From positions 36,146,001 through 36,210,000 of the forward strand of contig OZ024759.1 of NCBI GenBank assembly GCA_964016885.1: a stretch of 64,000 nt of DNA. The letters are read 5' to 3'. Within the stretch, counting starts at the first letter, position 1; every line of letters starts with the position of its first letter. This document shows positions 1 through 17,812 of this stretch, piece by piece. The notes beneath the pieces are model-generated. The model was given only the letters and a program-made list of their open reading frames with translations. It was not told the DNA's origin and ran no database searches. The position numbers were made by a program, and so were the translations under genes. Source of the DNA: Eledone cirrhosa. Lineage: Eukaryota.

Positions 1-935
<935 letters not shown>

Positions 936-1275
936 ATTATTTCTGAAGACAGCATATATATGTGATGGTATGTATATTCTCCTTGATAGTTTGTATAATT
1001 TTGTACATAGATCTTTTGAATATGCATGCCAATTCTAACACATATATGTCCTAGAAACGATCGTTAAATAATGAACTTTTTTTGTTTAATATAAGGAACT
1101 GTTTCATTGTTTTATTCATTATTTTTTTAATATTTTATCTTGACTCTGTATTCCGTTTATCTTTCACCGAAAGTGATTTTTGAATGCATCTCTTCTTTTC
1201 ATGATATCCGGATTACATTGAGTTCTTCATACGGATTGGACACTACCGTAAACTTTTGGTAGTTTTATCTACATC

Positions 1276-4862
<3,587 letters not shown>

Positions 4863-5026
4863 TTGAGATTGGTGTTAGGAAGGGCATCCAGCTGTAGAAA
4901 TCAAGCCAGAATCAGTTCCTGTCCCACCATTGCAAGCAGGGAAAAAGCGGACGTAAAATGAAAAATATATATATACATATAAATATATATATATATATAT
5001 ATACACACACATATATAAATACATAT

Positions 5027-5066
<40 letters not shown>

Positions 5067-5184
5067 CAAGTGGGAGAGAGAGAGTTTGCACAGAGAGCCA
5101 AAAGAAATACTGCAAAGAGTGAAAGGAGGAAATATGAACAAAAATGGAGAAAAAAAAAAATCAATGAAAGGAAAATGGTTTCAC

Positions 5185-8100
5185 CTCAGATTCACTATCT
5201 AGAATGTCATCATCATCATCCATATCACTGTCTTTTTTCTTTGGATCATCTGGGTAAATAAAACAAAATAGATATATAAGAAACAACAATATTCATGAAT
5301 GCATAAAAAGTTACAGAGCATTCAAAGTCAGTGGAAAGCTTGGGAGTCCCAGGAAGACTTGGGATGAGCTGATAAAAGCTGACCTTGCCCAACTGCACCT
5401 CTCAAAGGACTGGCATTACGCAGTAATACAGAAAACCCGACTTCCCACGGGCACAGGCCGAAGAAACTGAAGCATATATACAGTATGCACCACTCCACCC
5501 TCCTATACATCTCCCATGAGGACAGGCCGAAGTATATCTCCAGTGAAAACCCCAGCACACACTGTAAAGTGGTCACTATGGTGACACAACAAAAAGCACC
5601 CAGTCTACACTGTAAGGTGGTCATGTAGGTGTCACAACAAAAAGCACCCAGTACTCACTGTAAATGAGGTTGGTGTTAGTAGGGGCATCTAGCTGTAGAA
5701 ACCAAGCCAAAATCAGTTCTGTAGGAGCAAGACATGGTCACCTGACCTAGCATTGCCCACAACAAGACAACTTGTCTAACCCTTGCTAGCATGGAAAAAT
5801 GGACATGAAATGGTGGTGGTGATGATGATGATGATGAATAAGAATGGTTGGAGAAAATGACTGGGGAAGCCTGCTACATCACCAGATCATCCTACCAGGG
5901 CCTGACTCTTGTTTGACGCAGTGGCGGCAGGCTGGAAGAGGCAGCCGGATCATCTGGAGATAGTTGCTGCTGACAGGACCTGCTGGAATTGGGGCTAAGA
6001 TGAATGTCAACTACTACCATATTTCTCACCTTTATCTTTGTCTCCAGATGCCAACCACAGAATTGTTTTCTCCAAACACCAGTTGTTCTCCCGCAGAAGA
6101 TCTTTCAGTTCCTAAACAGAATATAAAGAACGTCAAAACAGTATTGTAATACAACAGCAACTAACACAAGGACAGAAGTATTCCTAGGTTGTGTTAATAT
6201 AGTAACATATAGTGTGGGAGGTGACTATATATAGATATAGTGTAGGAGGTGACTATATATAGATATAGTGTAGGAGGTGACTATATATAGATATAGTGTA
6301 GGAGGTGACTATATATAGATATAGTGAGATAACAAACCAACCTCTCGTGAAAAAGCTGTAAAGGCATCAGACAAGAAGTCAATCCTCTCTTCTATAGTCT
6401 GCATGTCAGGTTGTTGGGATTCTAAGTCAGAAGATGAACTGTCCACACTGGAAGAAGGGTGTCTCACCCTTTTAGATGGCTGCTGACCATTAACATCACT
6501 CTTACGACGTTTTTTATTTTCTACAAAAGAAAAAAAAAAGAAAAATTTCCAGAAATATTTCAATTTTAAAAGTTCAGAAATTACAAAAATGTTTTTAAAA
6601 TACTATCAGGTCCCCTCAACAACTGGTACAGCCAGTCATAGGGGTGCCACTCTAGATGTGCTACTGATGCAGCCAGTCGTAGGGGTGCCACTCTAGATGT
6701 GCTACTGATGCAGCCAGTCGTAGGGGTGCCACTCTAGATGTGCTACTGATGCAACCAGTCGTAGGAGTGCCACTCTAGATGAGCTACTGATGCAGCCAGT
6801 TGTTAGGGTGCCACTCTAGATGTGCTACTGATGCAGCCATTTAATGGGGTGCCACTGATGCAGCCAGATATTAGGGTGCCACACTAGATGTGCCACTGGT
6901 GCAGCCAATTGTTCAGATCTAGAGAGGGGATGAGCTCCCAGGAATTAACCCTTTAGCATTTAAAACAGCCATATTTGGCCAGAATTCTCTCACTTCTTTC
7001 TGTTCAAACTGGTCGTAACCAACCACTCATACTTATGTTAAGGTATTGTTCTCAAAATAAATAACATCAAAATCTCGTAGATTCGATACTATGTGAGATA
7101 AAGCCTTTATCACAAAAATATAATAGTAAATATGTGTGACAGCTCACACCTATGCAGGTTTAGCTGGCCTCCTCCAAGGTATATCTCGTTGGAGGTGTCT
7201 TGGGTGATTTAATGATCGGGACCCCAGTCCTATCATCTCATTTCTACAGCTGAATAAACTGGAGTAACGTGAAATAAAGTGTCTTGCTCAAGGAAACAAC
7301 ACATCACCTGGTCCCGGAATTGAACTCACAACCTTTCAATTGCAAGCCAATGCTCCAACCACTAAGCCATGCGTAAATATAGTAAATATAGAGTAATGTA
7401 AATGCTAAAGGGTTAAAATGCCCAAGACAGGCCACACTGTTATGTCCCTATGGTACCCATAAAGACTCCATCAGGAGTTCGCAGGTCTATAAAAAGAGAT
7501 AGACGGCATACAGTGTACCCATTTAAAGCTGTAGGTAAATATATGATCTATAGTATACAACACTCACTGATTGGGTCAGCAGCTATCATACTGTTGATAG
7601 CATCATCTAAATTCTTGCTGTTATTGAGTACTTCCCCAAGTTCATCACGGGTTTTGTGTGGATACAACAAAACAAGGGTGTTCAGTTCAGCAACCCTAGC
7701 CTTTTCTCGGTTAGATTCGGCTTTTGGAACTTTGGTATACTGTCCTTTGGCATCATCGTCGTCGGAATTGTCATCGGATACTGGTCTTTTGAATCTTCGC
7801 TTCTTCACTGGCTTCCTGAGGTGGAGAGGTAAAAAAAATATAAATATATATATATATTGGAGAAATATAAAAATATATATTGCACTTGATGCGAAATATA
7901 TTTTTCCTAGGCTTTTTTTGTGCATTTTCAATAAATCTGAAAGTGTTTATTTTTAAGTCTTTATAATTATCTAAGAAAAACTATAATTTTCTGTTAAAAC
8001 CCTGGTTAAGTTATGTTCCAAACACCAACTTAATAATAAGGAAGTTATATTACAGAATCCCCTCAAATACTTGATTTTCAAAATGATTTGAAAATTATAG

Positions 8101-11100
8101 GCAGTGTCTGGTTTTATGAAACAAAATCACTCATTTTAAATTAAAATCTTCAAACATCATTTTATATAAAACCAGACATTAAAGAGTTACTGTCTTAGTA
8201 ATTAGTAATAAAATAATCAATAATTTTAGCAATTCCTTCAAAATTCTTCATTAATGCCCTAATAAGCTTTAGACTGAGAGCAACTGAAAGGGAACTGTGA
8301 TATGACATGGCATCCCGCCAAGAGGAGAGGTCTTCCTCCTCGTCTATGAATGACAGTGTTTTTCTATTCATAACACCCTTCCGTCAAGGATACAATAAAA
8401 GAAAAGAAAGGTATGCCTATATACCTATGGCCATAAATCTTGGGTAATGACCAAAATAATACGATATGCAAGCGGCCAAAATGGAATTGCTCCAAAGAGT
8501 CTTTGAAGTACCTGGAGATCAGAGAGTCACTCCAAGTAGAGCCACTAATTCTCCAAATTGAGATATCACAACTCCAATACTATGGACATGTGGTTAGAAT
8601 GTCTCAGGAAAAAATCGTTGGAGAGATTTTATGAGAAAGACCAACCGGCAGGAGACCAAGGGGTAGACCCTGAGCAAGATGGTTGGATAACAGCCATGAA
8701 TTTGGCTGGTCACACTTGGGGATCCAGCCAGATCAGTTGGAGACGGTTGCTTCTGAGTTTTTGAGGACTCTGCCCTGATGACCCTCCCAGGAATAAGTGG
8801 GCAAAGAAGATGATGTATCTTACTTGACTCTCCTCTTCTTGCGAATGTAGCCATTATTTGTCTTCTTGCCTGACCAATCCTGATGTTCATCACTGTCCCA
8901 GTCACTCTCCTTATCAGAATCTTTCATGAAGTCAGACAAAGAATCGCCATCGTTTGTAGTTTTACTTCCTTCCTTCAAGCCTGGTGACATATCCAGTGAA
9001 ATAGAATCATCTGTGTATATATTAAATATAAAAATAAGATGAGAACATAGCTTAGAACACACACCATGTGATCTATTCACCACTTGCAGCGGTAAACCCC
9101 ACCAAGTACGGCACAAGATATTCTGTTTCAAATTGGTTTCCTCAATTCTTCTTTTGATGAAGAAATCTTTAGCATTATGCAGTAATACAGAAGACCTGCC
9201 TTCCCATGGGCACAGGCTGAAGCTGAAGCATATAAATATAGTATGCACCACTCTCACCTCCACCACACCCTTCCATACACCTCTCATGAGGACAGGCTGA
9301 AGCATACATCTAGTGAAGTCCCCAGCGCACAATAAAGGGGTCATGTTACTTCACAACAAAAAGTACCCAGTCCACACTGTAAAGTGGTCATGTAGGTGTC
9401 ACAACAAAAAGTACCCAGTCCACACTGTAAAGTGGTCATGTAGGTGTCACGACAAAAAGTACCCAGTCCACACTGTAAAGTGGTCATGTAGGTGTCACAA
9501 CGAAAAGTACCCAGTCCACACTGTAAAGTGGTCATGTAGGTGTCACGACAAAAAGTACCCAGTCCACACTGTAAAGTGGTCATGTAGGTGTCACGACAAA
9601 AAGTACCCAATCCACACTGTAAAGTGGTCATGTAGGTGTCACGACAAAAAGTACCCAGTCCACACTGTAAAATGGTCATGTAGGTGTCACGACAAAAAGT
9701 ACCCAGTCCACACTGTAAAGTGGTCATGTAGGTGTCACTACAAAAAGTACCCAGTCCACACTGTAAAGTGGTCATGTAGGTGTCACGACAAAAAGTACCC
9801 AGTCCACACTGTAAAGTGGTCATGTAGGTGTCACTACAAAAAGTACCCAGTCCACACTGTAAAGTGGTCATGTAGGTGTCACGACAAAAAGTACCCAGTC
9901 CACACTGTAAAGTGGTCATGTAGGTGTCACTACAAAAAGTACCCAGTCCACACTGTAAAGTGGTCATGTAGGTGTCACGACAAAAAGTACCCAGTCCACA
10001 CTGTAAAGTGGTCATGTAGGTGTCACGACAAAAAGTACCCAGTCCACACTGTAAAGTGGTCATGTAGGTGTCACAACAAAAAGTACCCAGTCCACACTGT
10101 AAAGTGGTCATGTAGGTGTCACGACAAAAAGTACCCAGTCCACACTGTAAAGTGGTCATGTAGGTGTCACGACAAAAAGTACCCAGTCCACACTGTAAAG
10201 TGGTCATGTAGGTGTCACGACAAAAAGTACCCAGTCCACACTGTAAAGTGGTCATGTAGGTGTCACGACAAAAAGTACCCAGTCCACACTGTAAAGTGGT
10301 CATGTAGGTGTCACAACAAAAAGTACCCAGTCCACACTGTAAAGTGGTCATGTAGGTGTCACGACAAAAAGTACCCAGTCCACACTGTAAAGTGGTCATG
10401 TAGGTGTCACTACAAAAAGTACCCAGTCCACACTGTAAAGTGGTCATGTAGGTGTCACGACAAAAAGCACCCAGTCCACACTGCAAATGTGGCTGGCGTT
10501 AGGAAGGGAATCCAGCCATAGAAACCAAGCGTTGTGTGAGCAGAACACGGTCCCCCAACCTGGCTGTCTCACAGTGGGACAGCTCGTCTTACCCATGCTG
10601 GTGTGGAAAATGGACATTAAACGATGGTGATAGAGAGAGGGGAGGGCGTGATGAAGGGTGGACACTAGTGCGAATTGCAATGCAACGAAAAATAGTACTC
10701 AATACTGTTACATAGAGTGGAATAATATATTTATTTACTCATCTATTGAAAACAGAGTCCCTGTGAGTCGCTACTCAGTTTCTTGTTCCCAATCTTCATT
10801 ATCGTTATCATTTACTATTTTAGTGGAGGTAGAATTAATTGCTTTATATGTCACAAGTAAATATTATAGAGAGCATCTAAGTGGTCCATTGACATGCTAG
10901 AAATAGCAGTCAAATATCCCTAACACCACACTCTCTTGCAAAAAAAAAAAAAAAAAAAATTAATAATAATTTCTACTTTAGGCACAAGGCCATCAATTTG
11001 GGGAGAGGAGAAGGGAAAGTCGATTAAATCGACCCCAGTACATTACTGGTACTTTATATTATCGATCTCTGTAAGGATGAAAAACAAAGCTAACCTCGGC

Positions 11101-11372
11101 GGTATTTGAACTCAGAATATAAAGGGCCCTAACTATATGCCGTAAAGCATAATGTATGACGCTCTCCTGATTACAACCAACCCACCAAATAATAACTGGA
11201 TATATTAGTCAGCATACAAATATTTAAGAAAAAACATGTGCAGTTTCTACATTAAATCTCCAACGATCAATCGGCCCTCTGAAACGATCGTAAAAGAATG
11301 AACTAAGAAACTACCTGCGTCTGACTTCTGTTTTTTTATTCTATGCACAGACTTCTGTTTTTTTATTCTATG

Positions 11373-11415
<43 letters not shown>

Positions 11416-11654
11416 ATAAAAATAAAATTTGAAGACTAAAATCCAAAGAGGGCTCGATAAGGATAAATATATATCAAATATATAAGAACCGTAGAGCAAA
11501 TATAATTAATATATATATATATACTCAAAGGCTCCCGATCCTTGTCAAAAACTTAAGGACAACTTTTATATAATAAAAATAACAATACCTTACTTTACGT
11601 GTTAAGGGGATTTTTTCTCCTTAGCAAACATAATCGTTTACAAAACTACAGACC

Positions 11655-11703
<49 letters not shown>

Positions 11704-11713
11704 GCACACACAC

Positions 11714-11753
<40 letters not shown>

Positions 11754-12133
11754 GCACACAAACGCATATTAGAAGCTAAAACTTCACAATCACAAATGGC
11801 AATTTAGTTTTGATTCAAGCTACAGCTTTAATAATATATATACACACGCACACACATATATACTATTACAAGTTTGTAAAGAGGAAAAAAAATAATCATT
11901 CATATTCATTCATACTTACATATACTATAATGAAAGCAAAGATGTAATTTAGTACAATTTAGTTGTTGTTTAATGTTACCTGAGCTAGAATGATCATTTT
12001 TAGAGACAGATTTACTGTCATCTTCTTCCTCGTGTTTGTGATTAGCAGATTTCTGTCGTGAAAGCCTTTCTTTGTCCGTCTTGGTGAATTGGTATTGCAT
12101 CAAGGTCGTTAATTTACCATTACCACTGGCCAT
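5185..12133 (-). CDS. SMARCAD1: SMARCAD1/Fun30-like SNF2 chromatin remodeller, 5' part (6 exons, 305 codons; gene continues left of window)
   Basis: Phase-consistent GT-AG exons: 12133-11980, 9010-8824, 7815-7568, 6520-6342, 6111-6030, 5249-5185. They encode MASGNGKLTTLMQYQFTK..., an acidic/basic low-complexity region, CUE-like 1 (ELNTLVLLYPHKTRDELGEVLNNSKNLDDAINSM) and CUE-like 2 (IDFLSDAFTAFSRE|ELKDLLRENNWCLEKTILWL). This matches the tandem-CUE N-terminus of SMARCAD1. The helicase exons are not in the window, so identity rests on the N-terminus only. Confidence 0.7.
6208..6326. repeat. 28-bp tandem repeat x~4
   Basis: Unit ATATAGTGTAGGAGGTGACTATATATAG; TGTAGGAGGT recurs at 6241, 6269 and 6297. 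Confidence 0.9.
6628..6910. repeat. 41-bp minisatellite x~7
   Basis: Unit GCAGCCAGTCGTAGGGGTGCCACTCTAGATGTGCTACTGAT, decaying to the right. Confidence 0.9.
6945..7416. mobile_element. piggyBac-type MITE (TTAA-flanked) with a nested SINE at ~7135-7375
   Basis: Ends TTAA-CCCTTTAGCATTTA...AATGCTAAAGGG-TTAA. The same ~200-bp element recurs at 26629, 52001, 59089 and 63778. Confidence 0.75.
8425..8815 (+). mobile_element. RTE-type LINE 3' fragment
   Basis: Translates to [29 protein letters not shown]...PTGRRPRGRP.ARWLD. Related copies lie at ~25035-25335, 26865-27260, 30345-30710, 44625-44785(-) and 56400-56540. Confidence 0.7.
9351..10490. repeat. 45-bp minisatellite x~25 amplified inside a SINE-like interspersed repeat (9160-10630)
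   Basis: Unit AAAAAGTACCCAGTCCACACTGTAAAGTGGTCATGTAGGTGTCAC(A/G/T)AC, near-identical copies. The flanks match the element at 5405-5835 and 51290-51635, which carry only 2-3 units. Confidence 0.95.
10965..11185 (-). mobile_element. tRNA-derived SINE (family with GCCTTTCATCCTTACGGGGTCGATAAAATAAAGTACCAG core)
   Basis: B-box-like GAGTTCAAAT and a conserved core. Other copies: ~13325-13640, 14318-14425, 15943-16040, 20925-21090, 27640-27810, 37000-37160, 37455-37760, 40105-40280, 44060-44245, 62945-63105. Confidence 0.75.
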
Positions 12134-12397
12134 TTCAAGATTTCAACTTGGTTTTCTCTTTCGATCTGTCGATTTGATTTTTTTTTTGTTGTTCTTTTTT
12201 TTTGCGATCGATCTAAGTTTTCTCTTCTTTTCGTATCGATTTCGTTTTACTATCACGATCTCTCCTTTTCTTTTCACACCGATGACTGAAAACTAAATAT
12301 ATAAATTAATGAGATAAATACATACTATATATATATATATATATATATTAAAATTGTTTTATATTATATTGCATCGCTATACAATAACGGATGTAAG

Positions 12398-12436
<39 letters not shown>

Positions 12437-14569
12437 TCCGGGTTACATGGAGAAAAATGAAGTGAGAGGCGTCATGCGTTTAAAATCTAATTGTATTAAA
12501 ACAAAGAAATTCTTCGACAAGATGGATTATTGGTGGAGAAACGGATATTTGTTGTTTTCTTAATAAATATATAAATATATGTATTTTTCCTTTCTATCTA
12601 TGATATAAATTAGCTGATTAATTGGTCCGTTCCGTTGGATATTAATATAAAAGCAATGATTAGGTATAGATTAATTTGCGAAGGATATATAATTATATAT
12701 ATGGATGGATGGATGTTGTAAACTCACTGAATTGAGGGTATCCGGTGAATTAGTACTCCATTTATAATAAGACAAGCTGTGGTAGTGGTTGTTATTGTTG
12801 GTAAAGATGACGAACAGCGGCAGTTACGAGGGAAATATACATATATATATGGTATATATAATATATATATATGGTATAAATAATAGCTAGGAGTTGAAAA
12901 AACTAATTAGATATTTTCTCCTTTTGTTTGTATTTCCATCGACAGTTAATTATTCGGTATGTGTCTGATATATATAAATATATGTTTTACCAAGAAAATA
13001 TATAAGTTGTGTACAGACTGAAGACGAAATGCCAAGCTGAAGTCGAACACAGCATTATAAACCGCCTTGGAGCTCTCTAGGCAAAGCTCGCAGGTGACTA
13101 ATTAATTGTTTTTAATAATAAAATCAAATATTTATATTACTAACTAGGGTTTAATCTAAGAAAAAATATATATATTTTTATATTTCTGAGATGAAGACTT
13201 TTTTTTTTTATCTAGTTTTATTTCCACAGAAGGAAACACATGGAAAAATAAAGAATAAATAAAAGACAAGAAACTTTTTCGTCTTCGATGAGAGAAGAGC
13301 GAAATCCTGATATCGCAGATTTTAATAATGGTTTCTGATTTAGGTACCAGATAAACATTTTTTTGGGGGGTGGGGGAGCGAAAATCGATTTCATCTACCC
13401 AGTCCATTACTGGTACTTTATTTTATGGACCTCATAAGGATGAAAGGCAAAGTTAACCTTAGCGGGATTTGAACTGAGAAAGTAAAGGGACGTAACTATA
13501 TGCCACAAAGCATGTCCGACGCTCTTCTGATTAATAATATTAAAAATTGTTTCTACTTTAGGCACAAAGCCAGCTGGGGAAAGTCGATTAAATCGATCTC
13601 AGTGCATTACCGGTACTTCATTTTATCGACCCCCGTAATAATATTAATAATGATTTCTTTATTAATAATAATTGTATTGCTTCTAATTTAGGGGCAAGAT
13701 AAATATTTAAAGGGAGAAAATCAACTCGGCGTGACGTAAAAGAACCGGCAAAAATGGTGAGAGTACTTGGTTATTGAAACATCGTAGCCTCGCTATCACC
13801 TACCCATACCAATGTATCAGGTGATGCTACTAGTGAGGGTACTTGGTTATTGCACTGTCTTAGCCTCGCTATCATCTGTGGCAATTATTAGAAATTACTA
13901 AAGGTGAACATCAGCGATCCCCTTATTGTGTGTGTAAGAATGTACTTAAACTGCGGTATTTATTAACCTAATGAGTACTCAATATTGATAGGTAGTTAGA
14001 GTGTAGAAAAGTGGCAATAACTTCGAAGTTTCAGCTAGGTCGATGCCACTACACGAAATAATGTCTCTTTTGTTTTCTATTTTATGTACAATTTTCACTT
14101 GTAACAGAAACTAATTTCGTTCCGTCATTTGTAGGGGTGGATGGGTCGGTTTTAAATTTTCCGTTTTGAAAATGTCACATTTTCTTAAATAGGAGTATAC
14201 CTTTAAAAAACCAAATTGCAACAATGCTAGCTTTTTAGACTTTTATTGCAAATATATATATATATTAAATTGTTAAATTTACTCTTCATTCACATTTCGG
14301 ATACATTATAGAAATATAACGCCGAGGTTAACTTTGCTTTTCATTCTTACGGGGTCGATAAAATAAAGTACCCGTAATGTACTGGCATAGTTGCTGGCCT
14401 TGTGCCAAAAGTAGAAACAATTATAGAAATATAAACCAATGTTAGTAGCTGTCAGGGTGTCCCAAAATTGTATACACACTTTTATTAGAATGCTATACAT
14501 TTTGGGGAGACAACCTGTATTTTAAAGTTCATGAATGAGGAAATGCAAAGTGTGCCCTTTATGCTGCAA

Positions 14570-15060
14570 GCTTCCCCTCCCTTCTCGAGCCGGTGGGCTG
14601 GACCGAGGGGACGGCAAAAGGCCAGATAGCATGACTATCTTCCCGTTCCGCAGTGGTAATTCCCTCATCTGGGATGCCACATCCAGCGACACATTCTCCA
14701 GCGGTGACCTGGTGCAGTCTGCGATTAACCAGGCTCTGTTGCACTTCGGGCCGAGGAGGGTAAACTCCAAATATCTGTCGCTCTGTGACAGGTCTGCGGT
14801 CGAGCCCGTAGCAGTGGAGACTTCTGGTGTCCTTGGCCCTAGGGCCTCCTCCCTAATCACCACCATCGGCACAGAGTTAACTACCCGTAGCTGTGAAGAT
14901 TTCTTGTGTCCTTGGACCTAGGGCCACCTCCCTACTCATCACCATCGAGTTGGCTACCCGAAGGTGTGAGCCTCGCGAGCTGGAATGATTCTTCCAACCC
15001 GTCTCTCACCATCTTCCGGGGAAACACCTTCTCTATTCTGTCCGCCGCGCGAGGCCCCCC
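14570..15060 (+). mobile_element. CRE-like non-LTR retrotransposon 3' fragment (restriction-like endonuclease domain), degenerate
   Basis: Translates to GLDRGDGKRPDSMTIFPFRSGNSLIWDAT..DTF...KYLSL..VEPVAVETSGVLGP...FRGNTFSILS, a PD-(D/E)xK RLE signature. A partial duplicate lies at ~15581-15760. Confidence 0.8.
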
Positions 15061-16162
15061 GTTTACATATAACAGCGAATTGACAGAGACGTTAGAATAT
15101 CAGATAGAATGTTTTGTGGTATTCACTGCGGTTCTCTCAGTTGAAATCCCACCCAGGTCGATATAAAAATGTACCAAGCCAATACCGGATCAAATCTACT
15201 CCTAGATGTCTTTTTCAGTTATCTCTCTCTCTCACACACACATTCTATATCTCACTCTCTTCCTCACACACATTCTATATCTCTCACTGTCTCTCTCTTC
15301 TTCTCTGGAATAAATCAGTTATATTCAGACCTGGAGAGGAGATGGGCTCCACCAGGTTTTAAATGCCCACGATACGCTGTATATCACTACGGTACCCTTA
15401 CGGCTCTACCAGGAATTAAGGGTACACACATTAAATGTCCAGTCAGTTTTATTTGTTTGTTTTTGCTTTGTTTTTATTTTATTTTCAAATAAATTAGACG
15501 CGTTCTCCTCGTAACCACGTGATCCAAATACCATCTCACAGCGCTGTACTTTATATACACATTTTCTATTTCTCCAAATATCGGTCGAGCCCGTAGTAGT
15601 GGAGACTTTTGGTGTCATTGGCCCCAGGACCACTTCCCTCACCCTACTCATCACCATCAGCACGGAGTTGGCCACCCCGCAGGTGTGAGTGACGCGAGCT
15701 GGAATGACTGTTCTTCCAACGCGTCCCCACTCCCCATCCTCTGGGGAAACGCCTTCTCTAATGTTCTATTTCATAACCTGTAGTTGATCAGTAGTACCTT
15801 GTGCATGAAATTTGGTAGATGGAAACTGTGTGTAAGCCTTATCGTGCGTGTGTGTGTGCTTTGTTATAAAGAGATCGATCAAAAAAACAAAAAAAAAAAC
15901 GGTGCTTTACGAAAGAAGTTCCTTGCATTATATTAGACACCTAGGTTAACTTTGCCTTTCATCCTTACGGGGTCGATAAAATAAAGTACCAGTAATGCAC
16001 TGAAATAATTGCTGGCCTTGTGCCAAAAGTAGAAACAATTATATTAGACACCTCCTTGTCAGTCTTACCTTCATTCCGTTAGAAACCTGTAACAAATTGC
16101 AATCAATAATAATAATAATAATATGCTGTGTGTGTTTGTTTATTTCCTTCTTACACAATCCA

Positions 16163-16796
16163 GGTGTCAGGTGGTGCTCGTGAGGGTGTCTGGCTGTTTC
16201 AGCGTCTTAGCCTCGCCATCAGCCGGCCTTACTGAGGTGTCAGTGTGGGTGTCTGGCTGTTTCAGTGCCTTAGCCTCGCCATCAGCCGGCCTTACTGAGG
16301 TGTCAGGTAATGTCAGTGTGGGTGTCTGGCTGTTTCAGCGTCTTAGCCTCGCCATCAGCCGGCCTTACTGAGGTGTCAGGTGGTGCTCGTGAGGGTGTCT
16401 GGCTGTTTCAGCGTCTTAGCCTCGCCATCAGCCGGCCTTACTGAGGTGTCAGGTGATGTCAGTGTGGGTGTCTGGCTGTTTCAGCGTCTTAGCCTCGCCA
16501 TCAGCCGGCCTTACTGAGGTGTCAGGTAATGTCAGTGTGGGTGTCTGGCTGTTTCAGCGTCTTAGCCTCGCCATCAGCCGGCCTTACTGAGGTGTCAGGT
16601 GATGTCAGTGTGGGTGTCTGGCTGTTTCAGCGTCTTAGCGTCGCCATCAGCCGGCCTTACTGAGGTGTCAGGTGATGTCAGTGTGGGTGTCTGGCTGTTT
16701 CAGTGCCTTAGTCTCGCCATCAGCCGGCCTTACTGAGGTGTCAGGTGATGTCAGTGTGGGTGTCTGGCTATTTCAGCGCCTGAGCCTCGCCATCAC
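16163..16796. repeat. GC-rich 73-bp minisatellite x~9
   Basis: Unit GTCAGTGTGGGTGTCTGGCTGTTTCAGCGTCTTAGCCTCGCCATCAGCCGGCCTTACTGAGGTGTCAGGTGAT; starts at 16458, 16531, 16604 and others. Confidence 0.95.
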
Positions 16797-17296
16797 TCGT
16801 GATAATCCTGCGAGCGTGTTGACTTGCCTGTGTTTAGTTAACCCTTAAGACGTGATGTGACCCCGACTGTCGCACTTGGTGGGGAATTGCCCCCCTCCTT
16901 TTTTCTTTCTTTCTTTCTTTAATGTGTTTAATCCCTTTTTTCCGTTTATATTTGTATATATTATGTGTTTGTGTTTTCATTCTGTAAGCATTATATTATT
17001 AGATTTTTATTATAACTACTTTCAACATAATATTTATATACGATACTTCAAACAAACTACAACATTCTATTAATTATTGATTAATATACATCACATCAAT
17101 TATCATTGATTGTTAACATTGACTCAAGGCCAGGAATATGGTGGAAGGGTGGGGCAGGAGTTAGTAGCCAGAGTCTGAAGGTGGACAATTGATAGAATTG
17201 GTAGAGAATCAGACAAAATTAGTTGCAATATTTGTTTTATTTCTGTTCTGAGATCAGCTTTGCAGTCAGCTTTTTTAATAAAATAAAGTACCGCGT

Positions 17297-17472
17297 CAAA
17301 CCTGCCAACCTCTAAAAACCCAAACAGGGAGTACCATAAAAAAAAGTGCCCCTAAATGGGGAGATTTTTACATAATGAAAGCTATACCCATTTTCACAAG
17401 AGAAGACATCTCTCAGCCACTCCAAAGTGGGTGGGAGATGTCGCCGTCGGACGAGGCGAGTTGGCAAGTGTA
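17297..17472. mobile_element. Possible hAT-type MITE
   Basis: Imperfect TIRs CAAACCTGCCAACCTC...GAGTTGGCAAGTG. No clear TSD. Confidence 0.4.
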
Positions 17473-17812
17473 CCATGGTAATAAATTGGCAGAGTCATTT
17501 GAACGTTGCTACTCGATTATTGTGGTAGTGGAGTCGGGACCCAACAGCTGAGCTCTTGCCGATTCAACAGCTATTTCTCGACTCTTCATAATATATATAT
17601 AATTACATAATAAACAATACAATTATTCCATTACCCAAGGTTTCACGAAGTCAAACGATTCTAACAGGCGTCTGAAGTCGTTCATCACATAGAAATCTCG
17701 TGAAACCTTAGGTAATGGAATAATTATAATGTGTTGTTTATTACATAATTAAATAGCTCTGTACAATACATAGAGCACTCTTCTTTCCTTTACCTTTTCC
17801 ACGGAAATACTT

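Noticed and set aside
9313-10521. 402-aa and 381-aa Cys/His-rich repeat proteins on both strands (TALE-like variable residue; CRISPR-like look)
   Set aside because: The 45-bp unit is a multiple of 3, so frames stay open by chance. The array is intronic, derives from an interspersed repeat, has no unique spacers and has no associated domains or cas genes.
10739-10845. Possible extra SMARCAD1 exon (NDNDNEDWEQETE)
   Set aside because: The frame ends in TAG, no phase-compatible strong donor exists, and the flanking exons already join in phase 1.
12354-13100. Possible divergent gene upstream of SMARCAD1
   Set aside because: An exon-like segment (13017-13093) has stops in all frames, with no recognisable peptide. 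A CTGAAGAC...GTCGAAC hammerhead-like motif there lacks the GAAA core.
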